Shown here piece after piece: positions 54,880 to 64,000 of a stretch of 64,000 nucleotides of DNA. How positions within the stretch are numbered: the first letter of the stretch is position 1; every line of letters starts with the position of its first letter. A program made the translations under genes and the position numbers. Source of the stretch: Eledone cirrhosa (lineage: Eukaryota); assembly GCA_964016885.1 (NCBI GenBank), contig OZ024741.1, forward strand, positions 102,796,001-102,860,000, in the 5' to 3' direction. Under the pieces are notes generated by a model. It was not told the origin of the DNA. It worked only from the letters and a program-made list of their open reading frames with translations, and did not search any database.

Positions 54880-56220
54880 AGTCTTGTCAGAAAGAATTGA
54901 TCCGACTAGATCCCGAAGTGAGACCAGCTAAGCTCATAGATGTTATCCAGCCGTTTTTCTCGGCGTCTACCCCTGGCTTTCCGACCGGCTGGTTTCACCC
55001 GTAAACTTTGTCCAGCGATTGTTTCCTGAAACATGCTAAACATATGTCCGTAATATCGGTGCTGTGGTTTCTCAATTTGGAGAAGTAGCGACTCTACCTG
55101 GAGCCACACTTTGATCTTGGAGCTACGCACTCTATCGAGTAGCGTTATGCCAAAGACACTTCGGAGGAATCATATTCCGACCGCTTGTATTCGCGAATGT
55201 CTTTTGGGGTGATTACCAACGATCAGGACCTAGGTGTGGGTTGGCAAGACTACCGAATTGAAGTTAGAGAGTTTGGGTTTTACGCCTACGTCCTTTCTTC
55301 TGATTACCAGCCTCCCGCCGTCCATCACTCGTGAATACAACCCAGAGATACTTGAAATTCTCCATTTGATTCAGTGGAGGTACACTCACGCGTAGAGTGC
55401 AGTGCGCAGGCTTCCTTGAGAGAACGAAAGTCTCAGTTGTCGCAGCACTGATTTTCATTCCAGCCATGCAGAACTTGGCAGCAAAACTATCATGTGCATG
55501 TCGGAGATCACCTTCTGGCGAGTTGAATAATACCATTTCGTCCGCAAATTCCAGTCGACTGATGCTACAGCCCCCAGTCTTGATACCACATATAACCCAG
55601 CTGCGCATTTCAATCCTGTCCATGAAGATTATGAACAGGAGGGCCGACAATACGCACCCTTGCCAGAGTCCGATTCCCACACTGAATGGTTTCGATTTCC
55701 CACTATCTATCCGAACACAAATACTCGGGCATTCATATAACGACATCGGGACAACAAGCTGTTCATCGATCTCATCCTGCTGCAGAACTTTCCATGGCAG
55801 GTCCCGTGGGAGGCCATCGTATGCATTTTCGAGGTCTACGATATAAGAATACACTTCTTGGCAATACTCCGACGATTTCTCAAAGATCTGCCGATAAGAC
55901 TTTACGAAGGAGGCTTAGCAAAGAAATCCCATTATAATTGGAACAATCTCCCTGGTCTCTCTTTTTGAAAATTGGGATTATCACTCCCGATTGCCATTGC
56001 TTAGGCGCCTTTCTAGAGATCCAGGCCACACAACACAGACTAGTCAGCCAGAGAATATCTTCTCTATTTACGGATTTTAACATCTTGGTCAGAATTTCAT
56101 CCGCCTCAAAGATTTTTCCAAATCTGTGCTTTTTAATTGCTGTTGTGACCTCAGCCTCCGAGATGTTAGTCATCACGACTAGATGCACCTCGACAGAGCT
56201 GTTCTGCTTCAGAACGGGTC
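54880..56220 (-). mobile_element. RTE-clade LINE RT remnant
   Basis: ISEAEVTTAIK, VIIPIFKK, NYNGISLLSL, VDLENAYD, GLWQGCVLSALLFIIFMD, LEFADEMVL, ENFKYL. Confidence 0.88.
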
Positions 56221-56350
56221 GTAGGTGGTGGATAGTGATACAGCCAACAGATATGATGATGTGAGCCTTGAAAATGAAATTGTTAGCAAATGCATGCATA
56301 TATAATACATATGTGCATACATACATAAAAATATACAAACATACATACAT

Positions 56351-56352
<2 letters not shown>

Positions 56353-56443
<91 letters not shown>
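56353..56443. repeat. (GT)n microsatellite
   Basis: read directly. Confidence 0.95.
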
Positions 56444-56444
<1 letters not shown>

Positions 56445-57167
56445 CTGTGTCTGTGTGTGTGTTATTGTAGTAGGCGGACTACAGTCGAGGGGGGATGATA
56501 ATTGTAATGCGTCTGTGAATGTAAATGAGTATTCAGTAATTTAGAAAATACTATGGAGAGCATGATACACTGCTGGGGGAAATGATTCAATCATTTTTCA
56601 AAGATATTATTCCATCTTTTGTCCGACTACAAAAATACACTACACCATCAAAATACCAACAAAACACATTATACTATCTTTTATTCAAATCTCAATGATT
56701 TTATTTGAAAATAATTTAATATTTCTTCTTTTTTTCCTTTCCTATTTGTCTTATTTACTCGTTTATTTTTCGAAATGTCTGACTCTCTCTTTAATTAAGA
56801 TCCGACGACAATTGTGAGAGATCTTTTTAATTTTACTGTCTCCATAGTTACCTGTACCGGAACGGTATTGTGGCGGAAAATTTCGCACACGTCATTTTCT
56901 TTTATGACCAATTGATTTCTTAATGGGGGCCCTAATTTCGTATGAAAGGAAATATAAAACACACTCACACAAATATACACACTATATCAACGCAAATGCA
57001 CGTGATATTGTGCTTTTGTTGTATGCTATAAAACAGCTACGAATACTATCATTATATTCTTTATCATTGTTCCTTCCTTTCTTTCTTTCCTTTTTCTTCC
57101 TGTCTTTCTTTCTTTTCTCTTCCTTCCTTTTTTCTTTATTTCTTTTCTCTTCCTCTCTTTTTCTTAG

Positions 57168-57269
57168 ATCTGCAGACAAAATGCTTCGTAGAATTTGTTT
57201 GGGATTCTTTGCGTTCAAATCTTGCCGAAATGGAAAAGCAAAGGCCAATACAACTTATTATCAGCAGTG
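57168..57269 (+). other. Candidate internal exon (102 bp) of an unidentified host gene
   Basis: About 100-nt polypyrimidine tract ending ttcttag; 102 bp open in two frames; followed by G|gtaact. No recognisable protein family. Confidence 0.3.
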
Positions 57270-57421
57270 GTAACTCATTTATACATTATACACAAGATAT
57301 ATATATTATATACATGATATATATTATACATACATTATATATGATATAGTCCAAGAGAAAGGCAACGGTCAATATAGCTTGGTAGCAGTGTCATCGCAAC
57401 TCATATGTACATTATATATAT

Positions 57422-57570
57422 AGGAAAAGAGTCAGGATTTAGCTGTCGAAACGGCCGAAACTCAGCCATTGGGGTCCTGACTCTTTCCATATTACCCACT
57501 CTACTACCCTAAGTATTGAGTACTTTGTTGTGTTATAGTCCACCTGGTATCTTACCACACCCTCTTTGTT
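57422..57570 (+). mobile_element. pLTR-like fragment with a degenerate hammerhead and a short fold-back
   Basis: ttag CTGTCGA aacggcc GAAA ctcagccattgggg TC ctga; ggaaaagagtcagga is inverted to tcctgactctttcc; in (TA)n. Confidence 0.55.
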
Positions 57571-57588
57571 ATATATATACATATATAT

Positions 57589-57663
<75 letters not shown>

Positions 57664-59059
57664 TGTGTGTATGTATATGTGCGTGTGTACTATATTCATT
57701 ACTTCTGATGTCCAAGGAAAAGGCAATGGCTGACACAATTTGGCACTAGTGTCGTCACATTTCAGCTGAGTGTACTGAAATAACATGTAATAAATATCTA
57801 ACTGTTACGTCAGACTATTCTAAGCACCATGAAAAAGATGCAGCAACTCAACTTCAAATGCTTCATTTTTATTTGCTATGTCTATCGGTTTATAGGTTAC
57901 TGCACGTACGAAAAACGATTTATTGATGGTAAAAGAGTGGAGCGTGAGAACCTGGAATTATTTATTTGCAGGTATTAATATTATTAGTATGTCTTCATTC
58001 TGAAGTAGAAGACGATAAAAGTATCTTTGAAGAATAAGCTTGCTTGCTAATGCACGCTTTTTCCTAGATGAAGTAATAGAAATTGAAGAGATTCTTCTTA
58101 AATTAAATCAAGACTAAATGATCTCTTTTAAGTTGCAAGTGACGTTTTAGCCAGGGAAACGAGGTATTGTAAAAGTAACTGCTAAAACTGACATTCGCTA
58201 TTTCACTAGTTCTTTGGTTGAATACAATTTTGGATTAAATCAATTTACCATTTCGTACTTTTGTGATCAATGAAATACTTTATTTCTCGAGAAATCAACG
58301 TGTGTGGAGAGGGTTTAAACATATAATTACCTATACTTTTACGCACAATTTTCGTTCGTTGTTTTCATGCTTTGCATTAAGATGGAGAGTGCTTTCAAAT
58401 TATTATTAACCTAGACGTGATTCAGTTTTACTTCGATTCGTGTTAACATTGCGCCGAAAATGTACTATAACAACGTCGCTGTAAGTATATTATAACTATT
58501 AAAATGTAAGATTGATAAATGGATATTTATTTAGTATTAAATCAGGCTGAATACACACAATGAAAATGAATACCAGGACTGAAAGAACGAATAGAATCAT
58601 AGACGAATAATTGTTTGACATCACGGAATGCCTCAGGCATGATGATTATAAGGATTATATAGATTTCCCACCGTCAGAAGAGGGTTGCAGTTCTCTTTAT
58701 ATCTCACACAAATAAAAATGCATGGCATAGTGGCTAAACTGTTCGTTTCGTGATCGCAATGTCAGGAGTTCCATTCCTTGCAGCACGATGTGTCCTTCAG
58801 CAAGGCACAATAACAAGCAAGGCGTATATCGCTGTACTTCCGACGACTAATAGAATCAGATTTATGAAACAGGACTCAATTATTTATATTGCTTCAATTT
58901 CATAACACAGTAGTATTAGCAGCACCATGTCATTTCTCTTCCTTCGAAAGCCTACCCATCCCCACCATCAACATCACCACCCATATTTAATTACAGCTAT
59001 CCACCCATGTTCCTCAACTCATTAGTTGTCTTCATGATTTTGACCAGTATTATCATTGT

Positions 59060-59665
59060 CGTCAGCGTCGAACAGCATGCTTTGCAGCATAGAGTTACGG
59101 CCATTTGTGGTCTGAGTTCAAATCCCGCCGAGGTTAACTTTGCCTTTCGGGGTCGATAAAATAAAGTACCAGTAATACACTGGAATAATTGCTGGCCTTG
59201 TGCCAAAAGTAGAAGCAATTATATAGCGTTGTGCGGCAGGATTGGCAGTATCGGTAGGGCATCAAACAACATGCTTTGCGACATGGAGTTATGGCCCTTT
59301 ACGGTCTGAGTTCAAATCTCGCCTAAGTTAACTTTGCCTTTTATCCTTACGGGGTCGATAAAATAAGGCACCGGTAACGTACTGGGGTGGATTTAATCGA
59401 TTTTTCCCTCCCCCCAAATTGCTGGCCTTGTTCCTATAGTAGAAATCCTTATTACATAGCATTGTTTTTGGGTAGCAGAATCATAGAACATCGGACAAAA
59501 TGTGTTTTGGCATGAGTTAGTTCAAACTCTACGAATTCATATAATGTCGTGGCCAACATTGCCTTTCATCCTTCCGGAGTTGATAAAATAAAGTACCAGT
59601 CACTTACAAGGGTCAAGTTAATTGACATTCTCCTCTCCCCAATTTGCTGGCCTTGTGTCTAAATT
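59060..59665 (+). mobile_element. Three tandem SINE family A copies
   Basis: B-box gagttcaaatc at about 59114 and 59309; gataaaataa.g.acc.gt repeated three times. Confidence 0.85.
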
Positions 59666-60957
59666 AAATCCCCGCTAAGTTCACCCATACCACCACACCA
59701 TTAATCATCATCAACAAATAGTTACATGTTTGAGTTGAAATCCCTCTAAAGTTAGCCTTGCTCTTATTACGTCTGGAACAATAAAGTAGATATCAGTCAT
59801 GTATAATAGAGGTGGGATTTAATACAATTATTCTTCTTCCAAAATTTATGGTCTGGGGCTTAAGGCAAAATTCAATATTCGTTTCTGATATTTATATATA
59901 CGTTACACAAACATATTAACACCAAACTAACGCTACTCACGAACTGAAGCAAATATAATCCATAAACCTACACTCAAACTGACTTACCAGATACAGATAC
60001 AGTAAGACATGAAGTGAAATCAATTATGCATTTCCTGTATAACAACAACCAAACCTATAGCAATTACTGGTAAGGAGCCGATGAACGTTATCAGGTTGCA
60101 ACCATCGTATTAAATATAATCTGTCTAGTAGAAACACCGGGGAAGAAATGTCTATGTGCATTTCAGCTCTGGCTCTCATCAGGACAGTGATTCCCCTGCT
60201 CTCTGCTAGAACTTGAAACTATAGTTTTTTCACCTGTGTAGGTGGGCTATTTAGCCTCGTTTTCATGTGGAGCTATATAAGTTGGATCAACTTAAAAGTA
60301 GAATTAAAAGTAGAATTAAAATTTAGCTCCGGCATAGCTATATACATACATATATGTGAATTTCGTATAACTAAAGATACATGGTATGTTTAATTAATAA
60401 ACATGTTGAAAGCCCAGTTATGAATATTGAAAGGCTAATGGCCAGAAGCGTCTAGTGGATTCCAGTAGAAGCAGCGGGAGACAACTGTCTATGCGCATTT
60501 CGAGCTTTATGGTTTCTGTAAGCAATAAAAAATAAATTCAACTCAGAATAACAACACCTCAGTCAACTCCCATTGACTAGAAAACGCCGTTTGATATTAT
60601 ACACATTATCATTATTCTTGCTTTTTTATATTTTGTCGATTTTCATTAATTTAATTAAATTTTAAAATAAAACAGAATGGCCAAACACATTTCTGGTTGC
60701 CATAATTGTTAATGCGATTACAAGCATAATAGTTATCTTCATTTCTATGTATTCATTAGCTTTAAAATATTTTAATGATCCGGCTATATGCATCATGTCT
60801 CATTGGAAATGTATGTCACCGAATTATTGCGATGGCTTACATATTTTCTTCATCATATCATCAACAACTAGGTTTCAGTCGTTGTTGATTGTAGAGTCTA
60901 TGACTCATACAGGTGTTAAATATTGCCAAGATTTAGTAGAACAGCTTTTAATTTGAC

Positions 60958-61095
60958 CAAAATTAATAATATTAACAAAATTAATAATATTAACAAAATT
61001 AATAATATTAACAAAATTAATAATATTAACAAAATTAATAATATTAACAAAATTAATAATATTAACAAAATTAATAATATTAACAAAATTAATAA
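60958..61095. repeat. 18-bp perfect minisatellite (caaaattaataatattaa) x ~7.5 at a SINE 3' end
   Basis: read directly. Confidence 0.95.
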
Positions 61096-61276
61096 TTGTT
61101 TCTCCTTTAGGCACAAGGCCAGCAATTACCCAGTGCATTACTGGTACTTTATTTTATCGACCTCGTAAGGATGAACGGCAAAGTCAACCTCGACGGGATT
61201 TGAACTCAGATCGTAAAGGGACGTAACTATGCTGGAAAGCATGGCGTCCGACCCTCTACCGATACTGCCAATCCAT
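61091..61276 (-). mobile_element. Young full-length tRNA-derived SINE (family A)
   Basis: Near-identical reverse complement of 63497-63682. Confidence 0.9.
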
Positions 61277-62499
61277 AACAAAAAATGGACATTCAGAAAC
61301 GAATTCAATAGCATTTGTTTGTCTAACTTGTAACTTGGATGTCGGATAACGACCGTACTTCGTGTGTTCGATTACCTTGAACAAAACACTTTTTCACGGC
61401 ATTCCAATCTACTAGGTGGGAAAACAACGAGTTGTACCTGTAATTCAAAGAGCATGCTTTGTCATAAACTGTGTCAGGCTTAATCTCCCTGAGAATTGCA
61501 TTAGGAACACACATGCTTGTGGAACACTCAGTCACTTCAAATTCAATTGTTCCACAGATCAACTGGAAAACTCATTTAAGAAACCCACATAAATGCGATG
61601 ATATGAAAATAATGTTCTCAATTATTTCAGTCAGTTTTCTTTCGTGCTTAATTATATTAGATCCTTCGAATTTAATGAGGAGACTGGAAGTTCACGTCTA
61701 TAAGTGTTTATAGACATCCATATTAGATTAGCAAAGAAACGAACACAGCGTGTAAATGGATCCATAAACAATATGTTTATGTATGGGTAAAAATTCTGAA
61801 ATACCTGCGTGCGCTCTTACACCGGTTACTAAGGTACTTGGAATATGATCACTGTTTAAAATAGAAGACTTATTTTGTATGTGTCAATATTTCAAACATA
61901 TTTTATATAGGTCAGTATACATATATATTTTGAAACATACGTTCTTAATGCTATCGCTAATTAACACTAAACAGTGACATTTGCACTATATATATATATA
62001 AATAGGACTTCAATAAAATGTTTTGTTTCCAAAACCTATATAAGAAATACTTTCTTACACATCAGCATGTGGTAGAAAGTAAACGTTGCTGACAATGGAT
62101 ATGTATGTATGTATGTCAGGTAACTCTTGAGTGCTACTCGTAACATGTAATCCAATACAACTTGTCCCATGGTCAGATCGTCGGCAACTAAACCAGTAAC
62201 CCCACCAAGATTACTTGGTGAGGAGGGTGATTTTGGACACCCTGCAGGACAAAAAACAAAACCTGACAAAGGGCGTAAGAACTCATAAGAGTCAACGGCC
62301 ATCCAAAAATATACAAATATGTGTATACTGTATGGGTGTGGGTATGTGTATGATTGATTGTGTGTTTGACTGTGTACATATATATATATATTTGACAAAA
62401 TATTTGTTTAAATAAGAAAAGGTTTTTAACCATTTAAAATTTTTTTTTAACTTTCAAATGGGATCGAATCCCTGGTCTACGTTTATGAAAGAGTCAGCG

Positions 62500-64000
62500 A
62501 ATCATTGTAACTCATTTGTGGTGGCTTACAGGTGGGTAAAAAGAAAATCCACTGGGTGTGAAGGACCCCGAGCTGTTGTTACAGTATCTTTCTAAAAGAG
62601 GGAAACTTTGAAATAAAACCTACGGTTGATGTGATTACTGGTCATCTGGCTTAGGCTTGTCACCAGACAATGTTCACTGAAACTTAGAGAGTGGTGCTCG
62701 TGTAGTACAAGCGTTTGTCACTATAATCCAATGATGTACAGATGTCTCTTTTCTGATCTGTCATTTTTACAGCTGAAAGTCCTATGGCGATGGAGGAGTA
62801 GCGACGTGTGCAGACCGGACCAGTTGGAAGCATATAGTTGCAAATCTACGCATAGGCGGCAGGGTCTTATCATAACATCGTTGTTATGTCTTCCTATTAC
62901 TGGGGCTAACTCCGGTGGAGACGCCTGTGTCTGAGCAGCCCTATCAGGGAGAGCACTGCTCACCCAAATCTTGGGAAGGTGCTAGAAAAGGTGCTTTGAA
63001 AATTGTCTGTCACATCAACGTTGGGTAGTTTAGTGCGGCTATCCGCGGTTCATTCAAGCAGGAAAAGAAAAATTGAATTACAAAGTAAAACATTTATGAA
63101 GAATCGAATTAAACTTAATATTTGCTGCTGGAATGTCAGAACCCTTCTGGACCATAACTCATCAAACCGACCAGAAAGAAGAACCGCACTGGTACCAAAG
63201 GAACTTCAAAGATTAAATATAGATATGCAGCCTTGTCAGAAACACGTGTATCATGGTGTGATCACTGACTGAAGCATCATCAGGTTTCACACTTTTCTGG
63301 ACAGGGAAACCAAAAGGAGAACGGCGAGATGGTGGTGTAGGTTTTGCAGTGCGAGAAACTCTAGCACAACATTTAGAGTGCCGCTCTATAATCAGTGACC
63401 GTATAATAAAGTTGCGCATTCCACTTGCATATGGGCGATGTGCAACCATTCTGTCAGTTTATGTCCAAACTCTCCAGGCCAGTGAAGAAAGTATTGTGGA
63501 TTGGCAGTATCGGTAGAGGGTCGGACGCCATGCTTTCCAGCATAGTTACGTCCTTTACGATCTGAGTTCAAATCCCGCCGAGGTTGACTTTGCCTTTCAT
63601 CCTTACGGGGTCGATAAAATAAAGTACCAGTAATGCACTGGGTAATTGCTGGCCTTGTGCCTAAAGTAGAAACAATTATTACATTCTATGAATCCCTTCG
63701 TGCTACAACTGCATATACTCCAGTCGAAGAAAATGTGATAATTCTTGGTGATTTCAAAATGTGATCATTCTTGGTGATTTCAAATTGATAGAGACCGTGA
63801 GACATGGGATGCACTACGCCATTACGGTATCGATAAGATGAATGCCAATGGTTTCAAGCTGCTTGAGCTTTGTTCAGAACTCAACCTAGCAATTTACAAT
63901 ACATTCTTTCGCCAAAGGAAGAAGCATAAAGTTACTTGGATACATCCAAGGTCAAAAGATGGCCATATGATAGATTTCATAGGAACCCGGAGATACAACC
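62500..64000 (+). mobile_element. RTE/BovB-like LINE: 5'UTR and AP endonuclease remnant, continuing beyond the window
   Basis: LNICCWNVRTLLD..RPERRTALV..EL.RLNID, SET, FTLFWTGKPKGERRDGGVGFAV, ILGDF, NTFFRQ..HKVTWIHPRSK.GHMIDF. Confidence 0.88.
63497..63682 (+). mobile_element. Young full-length tRNA-derived SINE (family A) inserted in the RTE ORF
   Basis: A-box tggcagtatcgg, B-box gagttcaaatcc, attatt tail; short tatt duplication at the junctions. Confidence 0.9.

Noticed and set aside
60905-61168. INNINK / LLILLI repeat ORFs and a CRISPR-like appearance
   Set aside because: Simple 18-bp tandem repeat without spacers, in eukaryotic DNA
63497-63580. tRNA-like A and B boxes
   Set aside because: Head of a multi-copy SINE; no cloverleaf can be drawn, so not called a tRNA gene

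Overview
Eukaryotic, AT-rich, microsatellite-dense DNA made almost entirely of decayed transposable elements. The tRNA-derived SINEs and repeat landscape resemble octopod cephalopod genomes (inference). No intact host gene is visible; there is one weak candidate exon. Contents: (1) a cluster of Dong/R4 and Tx1 non-LTR retrotransposons sharing (ATT)n tracts; (2) at least three Penelope-like elements (PLEs) and several pLTR fragments sitting in (TA)n tracts; (3) a complete hAT (Buster/Charlie-like) transposon with a perfect 8-bp TSD; (4) a 7.3-kb Helitron, a mariner remnant, three RTE-clade LINE remnants, MITEs and many SINEs; (5) two long inverted duplications. The most striking unannotated signal is RNA-structural. 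About 15 type I hammerhead-ribozyme motifs from at least 7 unrelated repeat families can be read from the sequence. They include an ORF-less tandem array of a 482-483-bp monomer with one hammerhead per unit (49791-51300, retrozyme-like). Several fold-back or truncation junctions fall at or next to the ribozyme core or cleavage site. All alignments and folds were done by eye; boundaries without a TSD are approximate.
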